Virus record (IMG/VR): IMGVR_UViG_3300028840_003061
Coordinates: 1-61,837 of that record
Length of the DNA: 61,837 nt
Source: a virus
Lineage: Duplodnaviria; Caudoviricetes
Direction: 5' to 3' (one strand)
The notes beneath the pieces were generated by a model. It had not been told where the DNA came from. It made no database searches and saw only the letters and a list, made by a program, of their open reading frames with translations. Made by a program: the position numbers and the translations under genes. Shown piece by piece: positions 8,963 to 18,496 of this stretch. The first letter of the stretch is position 1, and each line of letters opens with the position of its first letter.

Positions 8963-9249
8963 AAACATTGGAAGAATGTGTTAAGATATACCAAGAAACT
9001 GGTGTTTATATTCTGGATGCGTATATGCATGAAAATAAATATATACTAGAGAATATACAAGATATATTTGACGAATATGTAGAAGAAGCAGAAAATCACA
9101 GCACCCCCTTTTATCTACACGTTCTCCAGAGAATTAGCGATTGGCAAATAGATGTTGGGTTTGGAAAAGAAATAGAAGTAACAGAAGATATGTCTTTTGA
9201 AGATGTAATTGAGGTAATATTAGACGATGAAACTGAAGAATATCATTAA
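8959..9249 (+). CDS. Hypothetical acidic protein
   Basis: GGAG RBS; TTG start overlapping the upstream stop. Confidence 0.6.
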   Translation: MKTLEECVKIYQETGVYILDAYMHENKYILENIQDIFDEYVEEAENHSTPFYLHVLQRISDWQIDVGFGKEIEVTEDMSFEDVIEVILDDETEEYH

Positions 9250-9703
9250 ACTACTAGGCTATTTTGCTCAGGGATATTTACTGGCATTGGGCGTTTTTTA
9301 TGGAACAGGATGCAGTTCTGTACCAATTAAAACTGAGAGAACCTTCTATCCTTATATGATACAATTTGCTAATATAACTGGAGTAAATAAAACCAACCTA
9401 AAAGAAACAAAGATCCAGTTTAGACCAAGAGAAGGGGCGACTGTTGGTACTTGTAATTGGTTTCATAACTATATACTGGTTGACCCATTATACTGGTTTG
9501 ATCAAGCAACAGAGCCGGAAAGAGTGGCGCTTATGTGGCACGAGTTAGCCCATTGTGTGTGTTATGCTGGCCATAAAGAAGGACATTTTAGCGATGGGTG
9601 CCCTAGACACATAATGAATCCCATTTTACCTGGGGATAGTTGTATGAGAAAACACGAAGAAACGTACCGAGAAGAACTAAGGAACGCTTGTGCTGGGTAT
9701 TAA
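9227..9703 (+). CDS. Putative zinc metallopeptidase lipoprotein
   Basis: Signal peptide ending GTG-C; HELAHC...GH; Met-turn-like IMNP. Confidence 0.75.
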   Translation: MKLKNIIKLLGYFAQGYLLALGVFYGTGCSSVPIKTERTFYPYMIQFANITGVNKTNLKETKIQFRPREGATVGTCNWFHNYILVDPLYWFDQATEPERVALMWHELAHCVCYAGHKEGHFSDGCPRHIMNPILPGDSCMRKHEETYREELRNACAGY

Positions 9704-12581
9704 TCCTGATAAAGATGGTGTTGACCATATTAATGTTTACTCTAAAGGTAAAACAGAATTGGGCAGGTTACTGACCAATTTCGCTAAAACTCCATTTGTT
9801 CACCCCAAGTATGGAGAGTTTTCTTCAATAGAGGCATTGTGGTATTGGTTGTCATGTAAAGAAGATAAACTGAGACCACTACATGGATTCCAAGCAAAAA
9901 AAGTTGGTAGAGAATGTGGGGGCGAGGATTGGGTAGATGATGAGGAATTCAAAAAAACAATCATAGAAGGAATTGCTTGTAAATTAGAACAAAATCCCGA
10001 TATATTAAAACTATTAAAAAATAATACCTTACCATTAAAACATTATTATAATTACAACGGAAAAGTAGTTGAACCAAAAAACGGAAAATGGGTACTTGAT
10101 TACTTAGAAACCTATTGTGGAGATCCTGAAGAGTATATTATAGATTCTAAAGAATCAGCTGAGGAGTTTTTAGATTTTGCTAGTAGTATTCCAGTTAGCG
10201 AACAAGTAAGTCTAAAAGATAATGTTATTACTATCGGTAGTTATGGTAAGTTTGAGGTAGAGAAAGAGTATGGCTATGTGTTGGATAGGTGGAGGGACAC
10301 TTCTCCTATAAAAAAGAATTATAAAATAGTAACTAATATAGAGCTATTTAATGAATTTAATTCTTATATTGATAAGCATGGTCTATTAGCCTTTGATACA
10401 GAAACAACCGGGTTAAATGTTAGAAAAGACCGCGTAATAGGATTTTCTATATCTGGGAAATCTGGGGATGGGTATTACTATCCCATGTATACCTGGAACA
10501 AAGAAGAGCGGGCCCTAAATCCCGTAGAACCAAATCTAAGCAAAGCAAAATCAGTACTAAGTAAACTGTGTAACAAAAAATTAATTACTTGGAACGGATC
10601 ATTTGACACTAGAGTAGTTAAAAATAACTTAGGTATAAACTTAATAAATTCTATATATATTGACGGCATGTTATTAAAACACCTCCTACAAGAAGAGGGG
10701 CCTTTTGGACTAAAGCCCACAGGAATAGAACTTCAATCAGAAATAGGATTGGATGTAGAAGAAGAGGCTAATAAAGAGCAAATAGAACTTAAAGAAAACA
10801 TAGAAACCAATGGTGGATCTGCAACAAAAAGTAATTATGAAATGCATAAAGCAGATCTTGATGTTCTAGGAAAATACGCCGCAGCAGATGCAGACCTAAC
10901 TTATAGAATAGTAGAGTATTACACTAAAGAACTGGAGAGACAGGACTTAACAGAATTCTTTTTTGAAGAAGAAGTAATGCCGTTATATAAAGAAGTAACT
11001 ATACCAATGGAAGATAATGGAGTGTCTTTAGATATGCCGTTATTAGAGTCTACAAAAGAAGAAATAGAAAACGACATCAAAAAACTAGAGGGGTCTATAG
11101 TAGAGGAGCTTTTTAAACTAGATGATGTCTATGACTGGTATACTAATTCAGTAGAAGCTTCTATAGACGAGACGCCTAGAGGAAAATATGCCCAAGGAGT
11201 TGTAGAGTTTTTTAAATTGGATTTACCTAAAACAGCTTCTGGTAAATATAGTACGTCTAAAAAGAATATAGAACAGTTACAAGACAGTGAGGCCAAAGAG
11301 TTCTTCTTAGGGAACATAAATGGATTTAATCAGGAAGTCCAGTTTTCTATAAAAGAAAAGATATATCTAAAAGAGAACGAAGGAAAGAAGATAAATATAT
11401 CATCAAAAAAACAAATGTCAGAAGTAGTATTTGATTATATGGGAATCAAACCTTTATCTAAAACAGACAAAGGATCTCCTCAATTTAATGACAAAATGAT
11501 AGAGTGGTTAGAGGATAATGATCACAAGTGGGCCAAGTTACTTCATGATTATAATAAGCTAATAAAAATAAGAGGGGCATATGTAGATAGGTTTTTGGAT
11601 AATAACGAAGACGGTAAGTATTACTTTTCTTATAAACAGCATGGGACTATTAGCGGAAGATATGGTTCAGATGCCCAACAATTGCCACGCCCGTTAGAAG
11701 AAGGTCAGGAGTCGGAACTAGTAACTAAATATACTAATAGAATAAGAAGGTTTTTTATATCTGAAGAAGGTAGGATTTTTATAGACTCAGACTATGAGAG
11801 CTTAGAGCCTCATGTATTTGCGCATGTTTCAGGAGACCCTGGTTTAATATCCATTTTTAATAAAGGACATGATTTTTACTCAACTATCGCTATTGCTACT
11901 GAGAAGTTAGAGGGAGTTAGTGCTGATAAAAAAGCGGATAATTATCTAGGTAAGGTAGATAAGCAGAAAAGACAACTAGCAAAAGCATATGCCCTTGGCG
12001 TTCCATATGGGATGGGACCTTATGCGCTTGGAAAAACCTTGGGAATAGAGACAGAGGACGCAGAAGATTTGATAGATGGATATTTATCAGCTTATCCTAA
12101 GCTAAAAGAGTGGATGGATAGTTCCAAAGAAATGGCACAAAAAGAGGGTCATGTTAGATCTGAGGCCGGAAGAATAAGGCATTTGCCAAAAGTAAAAGAA
12201 ATTTACAAAAGGCATAAGGATAACTTGATGGATTTCAAATATCGTGCTAGGCTAAATAAGAAGTTCGGAAAAGAAGTAGTACTTGAAAAGTACAGGGATT
12301 ATAAAAACGGAATAAACAACAGCAGGAATTACCAAATACAATCAATGTCGTCAAGTATAGTAAATAGAGCAGCTATAGCAGTTAATAGAGAGTTTAAAAA
12401 AAGGGACATAGGTGGATGGTGTTGTGCCCAAATCCACGACCAGCTAATAGCAGATGTGCCCTTAGATAGATCTAAAGAGGCTAAGGAGATAATGAAGTAT
12501 TGCATGGAGAATACTACAAAATTATCATTAGACCTAAAAGCGCCACCAGAACTGGCTATTAATTGGAATGAGGGGCATTGA
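9690..12581 (+). CDS. polA: Family A DNA polymerase with 3'-5' exonuclease and N-terminal NADAR-like domain
   Basis: FDTETTGL; motif A DYESLE; motif B RQLAKAYALGVPYG; motif C QIHDQ; extra N-terminal domain of about 140 aa. Confidence 0.93.
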   Translation: MLGINPDKDGVDHINVYSKGKTELGRLLTNFAKTPFVHPKYGEFSSIEALWYWLSCKEDKLRPLHGFQAKKVGRECGGEDWVDDEEFKKTIIEGIACKLEQNPDILKLLKNNTLPLKHYYNYNGKVVEPKNGKWVLDYLETYCGDPEEYIIDSKESAEEFLDFASSIPVSEQVSLKDNVITIGSYGKFEVEKEYGYVLDRWRDTSPIKKNYKIVTNIELFNEFNSYIDKHGLLAFDTETTGLNVRKDRVIGFSISGKSGDGYYYPMYTWNKEERALNPVEPNLSKAKSVLSKLCNKKLITWNGSFDTRVVKNNLGINLINSIYIDGMLLKHLLQEEGPFGLKPTGIELQSEIGLDVEEEANKEQIELKENIETNGGSATKSNYEMHKADLDVLGKYAAADADLTYRIVEYYTKELERQDLTEFFFEEEVMPLYKEVTIPMEDNGVSLDMPLLESTKEEIENDIKKLEGSIVEELFKLDDVYDWYTNSVEASIDETPRGKYAQGVVEFFKLDLPKTASGKYSTSKKNIEQLQDSEAKEFFLGNINGFNQEVQFSIKEKIYLKENEGKKINISSKKQMSEVVFDYMGIKPLSKTDKGSPQFNDKMIEWLEDNDHKWAKLLHDYNKLIKIRGAYVDRFLDNNEDGKYYFSYKQHGTISGRYGSDAQQLPRPLEEGQESELVTKYTNRIRRFFISEEGRIFIDSDYESLEPHVFAHVSGDPGLISIFNKGHDFYSTIAIATEKLEGVSADKKADNYLGKVDKQKRQLAKAYALGVPYGMGPYALGKTLGIETEDAEDLIDGYLSAYPKLKEWMDSSKEMAQKEGHVRSEAGRIRHLPKVKEIYKRHKDNLMDFKYRARLNKKFGKEVVLEKYRDYKNGINNSRNYQIQSMSSSIVNRAAIAVNREFKKRDIGGWCCAQIHDQLIADVPLDRSKEAKEIMKYCMENTTKLSLDLKAPPELAINWNEGH

Positions 12582-12606
12582 CATTAAACTAAAAATATGA
12601 TAGTAT
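12578..12606 (+). promoter_or_regulatory. Sigma-70 promoter
   Basis: TTGACA-17 nt-TAGTAT with TG extension. Confidence 0.7.
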
Positions 12607-12624
12607 AAATAATTGGAGGAACAA

Positions 12625-12807
12625 GTGAGTAAATACAAAGATTTAACGGAAGTCCTGGAAGTAGGGAAGTCCAAATATTACGATGATGATGATGTTTTTG
12701 ATCTTAAAGAGCGCATAATCGAACTTGAAAATATTATCGAACAAGCAAAAGATGAGCTTCTTAAGTATGTAGATGAAGATGTTGTTGAGGAGATATTTGG
12801 TGAGTAA
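12625..12807 (+). CDS. Hypothetical protein
   Basis: GGAGG RBS before GTG at 12625. Confidence 0.55.
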   Translation: MSKYKDLTEVLEVGKSKYYDDDDVFDLKERIIELENIIEQAKDELLKYVDEDVVEEIFGE

Positions 12808-12970
12808 TGTTGAAAATTATCGTTCTATAATGCAAGAAAGGGACAGAGTTAGACTAGAAGAAGTCGCTCTACGAATCTATTGCGCAAAAGATTTGTCTAT
12901 TGAAGAAAGTATCATTGTGGCTAAAAAATTCATTCGTGCTATGGACGCAGAAAAGCGGGAGATAAAATGA
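12800..12970 (+). CDS. Hypothetical protein
   Basis: GAGGAG RBS before GTG at 12800. Confidence 0.55.
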   Translation: MSNVENYRSIMQERDRVRLEEVALRIYCAKDLSIEESIIVAKKFIRAMDAEKREIK

Positions 12971-14160
12971 GTTATACTGACGAACAGGTAAAATATATTA
13001 AAGAACTTCGTAATAGCGGATTAGAGTGGCAAGAAGTTGCGGATGCGTACAATGAACGGTATCCTACTATTGGAGATCCCAAGACACCTACCGCTATCCG
13101 AAAGACTTACTCTCGGTATAGAGATGATGATATTTCCGATGAGACTTTGGTTAAGAACATTACGACTACTTATAGCGCTAGAAAAGCGGCTAGTAAATTA
13201 CGTAAAGAAAATAAAGCTTTGATAGAAAGCGGCCTTATGGTTGAGCATTATATAACTGCAGTAAAAGAAGCAGTTAAAGATATTAAACCAATAAAGGTTA
13301 AAAAAAGAAAAAAAACAAAAGGTAAAAATATGACTATTGAACTTTTGTTTAGTGACATCCAGATAGGTAAAATCACACCTTCGTATAATTCCGAAGTAGC
13401 TCGTTTAAGGATAATCGAGTATGCTAGAGCCGTTATTTTTAAAATTGAACAACACATTGCTAGCGGTTATAACGTAGAAAAGATAGTACTTGCTATTTTA
13501 GGCGATATTATAGAAATGTCAGAAAAGCACTACGATTCTATGCGAGCAACAGATCACGGAACACCAGAACAAATCAGAATGGCTATTCAGTATATTCATA
13601 ACTATGTAATCATTCCTCTTGCTGAACTAGGAATTGATATGGATGTAGTTTGTATTACTGGTAATCATAGTAACGCCCAGGGCGGTATTAAATCTCATGA
13701 TCCTGGAAAAGAGCATTTATCATGGCCAATCTACCACGCTCTAGATATGTTAAGTAAATCTAGTGGCTTTAAGCATGTAAAATTTGATATCCCAATCGGA
13801 GCGTTTACTACTTATAAAATATATGGATCAACCATTTTATACGAACATGGGTGTGGTATTACTGTAACTGATTCAGGTATGAAAGCCCACGCATCAAAAC
13901 GATCGTTGCAGAGGGGCGAGTTTATTGATTTTATAAGAATCGGAGACAGGCATCAGATACAACAATTTTCTGGAGGAAGGTATATTGTTAACGGAGCTAT
14001 GTTTAGCGCTGACGGAGAAGGGCGGGAATATAGTAGTATAAAGGGATATTCTAGCTATGCAGAACAATTAATGCTTTGTTATGTAGAGAGAGAAGAGGGA
14101 GATCCTCGTTCCCCATTATATGATTCGTTTACGGTGCAACTAGAACACATCGGAGAATAG
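12967..14160 (+). CDS. Calcineurin-like metallophosphoesterase with N-terminal HTH-like region
   Basis: SDIQIG, LGDIIE, GNH, HG and GDRH motifs. Confidence 0.82.
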   Translation: MSYTDEQVKYIKELRNSGLEWQEVADAYNERYPTIGDPKTPTAIRKTYSRYRDDDISDETLVKNITTTYSARKAASKLRKENKALIESGLMVEHYITAVKEAVKDIKPIKVKKRKKTKGKNMTIELLFSDIQIGKITPSYNSEVARLRIIEYARAVIFKIEQHIASGYNVEKIVLAILGDIIEMSEKHYDSMRATDHGTPEQIRMAIQYIHNYVIIPLAELGIDMDVVCITGNHSNAQGGIKSHDPGKEHLSWPIYHALDMLSKSSGFKHVKFDIPIGAFTTYKIYGSTILYEHGCGITVTDSGMKAHASKRSLQRGEFIDFIRIGDRHQIQQFSGGRYIVNGAMFSADGEGREYSSIKGYSSYAEQLMLCYVEREEGDPRSPLYDSFTVQLEHIGE

Positions 14161-14161
14161 T

Positions 14162-14785
14162 GTGGCAAACGAACTTAAGGTTGATGATATATCGCACTTT
14201 CATGCGCACGATCTACATATACCAACTAGAACTCTCTGGATGGGAAGCCTAAGTGTAGACGAGGAAGGAAACCAAAGCGGTACGGATATTCATATGGCAG
14301 AGAGATTAGTAAAGAACTTGCACGTTCTTGAGATTGCCTCTGATAAGGCAGAGGACCCGATTGTAATCCTTATGGAGAACCCAGGAGGAAATTGGGATGC
14401 CGGAATGACAATTTATGATGCTATACATGCATGTAAGAATCATGTTACTATTGTTTGTTTTGGAGAGGTAATGAGCATGGGATCTATTATACTTCAGGCT
14501 GCAGACGAAAGGATTATGGCACCTAACTCTGAGATGATGATACATTATGGAGAGGACGGGTTCTTTGGAGATCCGAAATCCTTTATGAATTGGGCAAAAA
14601 GATCTGAAAGACTTCGTACTAAAATGGAAGATATCTACCTAGAAAAGATGAAAGAAAAGGATGGATCAAAGAATCGCAGACACATAAAAGCTCTGCTTGA
14701 TGAAGATACTATATTAACCCCAGAATTAGCAATTGAATTGGGGCTCGCGGATAAAATATTAGTAAATATAAAGGACATATACTAA
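14162..14785 (+). CDS. ClpP-like serine protease
   Basis: NPGG...GMTIYDAI, VMSMGS (catalytic Ser), MMIH (His), AIELGLADKI. Confidence 0.88.
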   Translation: MANELKVDDISHFHAHDLHIPTRTLWMGSLSVDEEGNQSGTDIHMAERLVKNLHVLEIASDKAEDPIVILMENPGGNWDAGMTIYDAIHACKNHVTIVCFGEVMSMGSIILQAADERIMAPNSEMMIHYGEDGFFGDPKSFMNWAKRSERLRTKMEDIYLEKMKEKDGSKNRRHIKALLDEDTILTPELAIELGLADKILVNIKDIY

Positions 14786-15027
14786 TGAATAATTTTATTC
14801 TTTGGGCTGGAGCATTATTGCTTTCATATTGCGGATTACCTCTACTTATCGAAACAATACACGATGGACATGCTGATGGGGTTTCCTTAAGCTTTTTGTT
14901 GATGTGGTATATTGGTGAAATTTTAATGCTAATAGGGACTTTCAAATTAAAAAATAAACCCTTGACTTTTAATTACGGATTGAATACTATAATGATAAGT
15001 ATTATTTTATGGTATAAGGTGTTTTAG
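14785..15027 (+). CDS. PQ-loop/SemiSWEET-like membrane protein
   Basis: Three hydrophobic segments; GLP...TI..GHADGVS. Confidence 0.7.
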   Translation: MNNFILWAGALLLSYCGLPLLIETIHDGHADGVSLSFLLMWYIGEILMLIGTFKLKNKPLTFNYGLNTIMISIILWYKVF

Positions 15028-15254
15028 TGAGTAGTTTACAAGAGTTTCATAAAATGTTAAAAAAAGAAAGGTCAAAGGTTCTAGATAAAGAGTATCCCGG
15101 TAGTATAGGAGATCTTCAAGATCAATTATCGGAGCTTAAAGAGCAGGTAGAGTCTATAGAAAAAAAGATAAGCGGTTTACGCCAAGTAGAAAAAGATCTA
15201 GATGCAGCAATAAAAGGAGCGGAGAGAATTCTTCATGAAAGGGGATTAAGTTAA
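15027..15254 (+). CDS. Coiled-coil hypothetical protein
   Basis: Heptad pattern; operonic. Confidence 0.6.
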   Translation: MSSLQEFHKMLKKERSKVLDKEYPGSIGDLQDQLSELKEQVESIEKKISGLRQVEKDLDAAIKGAERILHERGLS

Positions 15255-15814
15255 TGTTTAAAATAGATGATATTGTATATGACTCTAAGGATCGAGTTGG
15301 AGTTATCGTAAACAAAAATAATGATAATACTGTCTTTAGAGTTCAATATGACCCAGATACAATTGAACCGATGGGTATAGGGGATATTTGGGGCCATCAA
15401 ACATTAAATGATATTACCAAAGAAAGTAAACAAAAAGTTATCGACTCTATTTGTGGACCACTCAGAGTTGACCTAAGAACACCTTCTGAGAAGCCACCAG
15501 AGGCCCTTGGCACGAAGTTTAACCAAGGTAAGGCAATGCTCCATTTAGTACCAGAAGAGGCTATTATAGGGGCTGCTGAGGGCTTTATGTACGGTGCTGG
15601 TAAGTATGGGGCTTTTAACTATAAAAAAGGGCTAACGTATACGGATCTAACTGACTCATTAAGAAGACACACTTTGGCATTACTCATGGGAGAGGATATT
15701 GACGAAGAATCTGGACTACATCATACTAAGTTAATTTTAGCAAACGCTTCTATGCTTGAGTGGATGAGATGTAATAGACCAGATATGGATAACAGATGGA
15801 AGAAGGAGGAATAA
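15254..15814 (+). CDS. dATP/dGTP diphosphohydrolase-like (DUF5664) protein
   Basis: GTKFNQGK..LHLVP, YGAGKYG.FNYKKG, SLRRH, DEESGLHH. Confidence 0.85.
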   Translation: MFKIDDIVYDSKDRVGVIVNKNNDNTVFRVQYDPDTIEPMGIGDIWGHQTLNDITKESKQKVIDSICGPLRVDLRTPSEKPPEALGTKFNQGKAMLHLVPEEAIIGAAEGFMYGAGKYGAFNYKKGLTYTDLTDSLRRHTLALLMGEDIDEESGLHHTKLILANASMLEWMRCNRPDMDNRWKKEE

Positions 15815-16051
15815 TTGCCAGAATCAGTAATTAGACAACTTAAGAATGAGCTTGACAAGCTAGACCACGATGTGCTAGAATCTCCATTAGGTAAAGCTAG
15901 AGCAGATGTAGAAAAGTATGAAAAGTTTTTAAAAATAGCAAAAGAATCTGTTAGGAAATTAGAAGAAAGAAAAGAGTCATTGATTATGGCAATAAAAATT
16001 TTGGAGGAAACAAGTGAGTCAGAAGAAAGTAAAGATAAAGAAACTACATGA
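15815..16051 (+). CDS. Coiled-coil hypothetical protein
   Basis: AGGAGG RBS; TTG start. Confidence 0.55.
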   Translation: MPESVIRQLKNELDKLDHDVLESPLGKARADVEKYEKFLKIAKESVRKLEERKESLIMAIKILEETSESEESKDKETT

Positions 16052-16448
16052 AAACGCAGTAATTCCAGCTCAAGCTTATGAGGGGGATGCTGGGATTGAT
16101 TTAACTGCGGTTAGTTTTGAGAGAGACAGAACTGGGTCTTTAATGTATGGGACCGGGCTAGCTATCCAAGTTCCAGAAGGACACGTTGGTTTACTGTTTC
16201 CTAGAAGTAGTATTTATAAAAAAAGAGTATCTCTGTCCAATTCTGTAGGGGTTTTGGACTCTGGATACCAAGGAGAAGTTAAGTTTATTTTTAAACCAGG
16301 AACAGCTGGTTTAGGTAGGTATGAAATCGGAGATAGAATCGGACAACTTGTAATTGTAGAACTGCCTAAATATGAACTAGAAGAAGTTGAGGATTTTGGA
16401 GTAGGTACAGAAAGAGGCCAGGGTGGATTCGGTTCAAGCAACGGTTAG
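16014..16448 (+). CDS. dut: Trimeric dUTPase
   Basis: DAGIDL, PRSS, GVLDSGYQGE, RIGQL, RGQGGFGSS. Confidence 0.96.
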   Translation: MSQKKVKIKKLHENAVIPAQAYEGDAGIDLTAVSFERDRTGSLMYGTGLAIQVPEGHVGLLFPRSSIYKKRVSLSNSVGVLDSGYQGEVKFIFKPGTAGLGRYEIGDRIGQLVIVELPKYELEEVEDFGVGTERGQGGFGSSNG

Positions 16449-16449
16449 T

Positions 16450-16650
16450 ATGAATAAAACTCTACAAGCATTCGATTTTACTATACCAGATAAAGAGCTT
16501 AGGCTTAAAGATCTTCATAATGAAATTCGTATAGCTGCAGAGTTTTTAAGAGACCCAAGTATTAGGGAAAACGAAACAGTAGTTAAAGAGTTAGTAGATT
16601 ATATTAACAGATGCATGGATTTACTCAAAGAAAACGGTCTTGGGCAATAG
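16450..16650 (+). CDS. Hypothetical protein
   Basis: ATG immediately after the dut stop. Confidence 0.55.
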   Translation: MNKTLQAFDFTIPDKELRLKDLHNEIRIAAEFLRDPSIRENETVVKELVDYINRCMDLLKENGLGQ

Positions 16651-16658
16651 GAGATAGT

Positions 16659-16967
16659 ATGTGTTTAATATATAACGGAGTAAACACCGACAACATACCA
16701 AGCAGAGTATTAGATTTAATCATACATTTTCATCCTAGCGAAAATTGCGGATGGGATTTAAAAATATCGGAAAGTGATATAGATTTAATCATAAGGGAAT
16801 TTCCATATCTAGACACATACAAGAAAGATGAGCAACATATGGCTGAGATGAAAACTGAAATGTCACTAGAACACAGCCACATCTACTATAAGTATATGTA
16901 TGAAAACATAAAAGAAGAGAATGGCATTATGTATGATAAAATCCAAGAACTGGCGAGAAGTGTATGA
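16659..16967 (+). CDS. Hypothetical protein
   Basis: AGGAG RBS before ATG 16659. Confidence 0.6.
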   Translation: MCLIYNGVNTDNIPSRVLDLIIHFHPSENCGWDLKISESDIDLIIREFPYLDTYKKDEQHMAEMKTEMSLEHSHIYYKYMYENIKEENGIMYDKIQELARSV

Positions 16968-17272
16968 GTGACGATAACATTATAGATTTTTCTAAAATAA
17001 AAGAAGAGAATACTGATTTTGGAGACGATATTGAAGCTCGTATTATGTCATGCATCTATAAAGGAGAGTCTTGTCAATGTAAGTACTGTTCTTACAAAAA
17101 AGGAGCTGCAGAGATGGTGCTGGAGTTTCTAGCTAAAGATATGGCTATGTATACTAAACGCTTGGGAGGAGAGTTCGTTACATACGATGCCAAAGATATC
17201 CTATTTCGCAGTATAAGATTGGTTAAGGAAATGGAGAAAGAGAAGTTTGGCGACCCAGAAAAGAAGGACTAG
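16964..17272 (+). CDS. Hypothetical protein with Cys cluster
   Basis: C..CQCKYC; ATGA overlap. Confidence 0.6.
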   Translation: MSDDNIIDFSKIKEENTDFGDDIEARIMSCIYKGESCQCKYCSYKKGAAEMVLEFLAKDMAMYTKRLGGEFVTYDAKDILFRSIRLVKEMEKEKFGDPEKKD

Positions 17273-17492
17273 AAGAAGCTCTCTTGATGTCCAAAAAGAA
17301 AAAGTAAAAGAGCTTAGGGGTAAAAACAGCGAGCTAGAAAAACGAGTTAGGAATTTAGAGAAACGGATACTGACCTTAGAAAAGCGCATAGATAAGCTGG
17401 TTCCAAAAAAGACATATAAAACTAAAAAGGCAGAAGAGAGGGCCAAGATGCTTGAAAAGTTTCACCCTGATAATTATAAGGACGAGGTATGA
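17247..17492 (+). CDS. Basic coiled-coil protein
   Basis: Basic N-terminus followed by heptads. Confidence 0.55.
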   Translation: MATQKRRTRRSSLDVQKEKVKELRGKNSELEKRVRNLEKRILTLEKRIDKLVPKKTYKTKKAEERAKMLEKFHPDNYKDEV

Positions 17493-17884
17493 TCCATACA
17501 ATTTCAGTTCCTTTATATATAGAGCTTCCAAGAAAGACAATGGCCCCTAAACGATATCACTTAAACTTAAACGTATACCGAAATCTTCACTACCAAGTCA
17601 ACAATAACCTAAAGAAAGCTTATAAAAAAATAGTAGAGCCTATGTTAAAAGGTACTTGCTTTTCTACTCCTCTTAAGCTAACATTAGTATTATATCCACC
17701 AGATAAGCGTAGAAGAGATAGGTCTAATGTGCTTGTTGTTCAGGAAAAGTTCTTTATGGATGCGCTAGTAGAGCTTGGGCACATTCCAGATGATAACGAT
17801 AATTACGTAGTATCTACTACATATTTATCTGGTGAAGTAGACAAAGAGAATCCCAGAGTAGATATTATAATTGAGGAGATATAA
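17489..17884 (+). CDS. rusA: RusA-like Holliday junction resolvase
   Basis: PPDKRRRDRSN...K..MDAL...IPDDN; DKENPRV. Confidence 0.85.
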   Translation: MIHTISVPLYIELPRKTMAPKRYHLNLNVYRNLHYQVNNNLKKAYKKIVEPMLKGTCFSTPLKLTLVLYPPDKRRRDRSNVLVVQEKFFMDALVELGHIPDDNDNYVVSTTYLSGEVDKENPRVDIIIEEI

Positions 17885-18408
17885 TGCATTTAATGATTGA
17901 TTTAGAAACATTAGGAACTGCTCCAAATAGCCCAATACTTTCTCTAGGTGCTGTTTTATTTGACAAAACTGGGGTAAAAAGTACATACTATTTAGTATTT
18001 AATCTAGATGAACAATTAAATAATGGCAGAATTCCAAGCGCATCTACTATAAAATGGTGGATGTCACAATCCGCTTCTTCCCAGGAAGTCTTTGAAAATG
18101 ACGGAGATCCTTGTTCTGAAAAGATTTTGGACTTTGTTAATTGGCTGGAAGAAGAAGTTAGTGATCTAGGAACCATGAGAGTCTGGGGCAATGGCTCTAG
18201 CTTTGATGTCACAATATTAGAGCATATGATGGATCAGTACAATCTAACCCCTCCCTGGAAATTCTGGAATATTAGAGACTTCCGTACATTTAGAGAGTTT
18301 GTATACGATAATCCAGGTATTGAGCGCGTTGGAACATATCACAATGCGTTAGATGATGCTACTACTCAGGCCAATTTAATAATTGAATATTTACAAAAAA
18401 CTAAATAA
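17884..18408 (+). CDS. DEDDh 3'-5' exonuclease
   Basis: MIDLETLG, WGNGSSFD, RDFRT, HNALDDA. Confidence 0.9.
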   Translation: MHLMIDLETLGTAPNSPILSLGAVLFDKTGVKSTYYLVFNLDEQLNNGRIPSASTIKWWMSQSASSQEVFENDGDPCSEKILDFVNWLEEEVSDLGTMRVWGNGSSFDVTILEHMMDQYNLTPPWKFWNIRDFRTFREFVYDNPGIERVGTYHNALDDATTQANLIIEYLQKTK

Positions 18409-18432
18409 TTGTCTATTTTTTATACAATTTAC

Positions 18433-18462
18433 TTGACATATATTGTGCTGGTATGTTATATT
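18433..18462 (+). promoter_or_regulatory. Sigma-70 promoter
   Basis: TTGACA-18 nt-TATATT with TG extension. Confidence 0.65.
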
Positions 18463-18496
18463 GTTATTTATTAGCAATATTAACACAAGGGAAAAT

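Noticed and set aside
9690-12581. Intein in the DNA polymerase
   Set aside because: No intein splice-junction or LAGLIDADG motifs; the extra length is N-terminal.
15254-15814. 2-aminoadenine (Z) genome pathway
   Set aside because: No PurZ-like gene in the window, and this hydrolase family alone is not diagnostic. The part of the genome outside the window was not seen.
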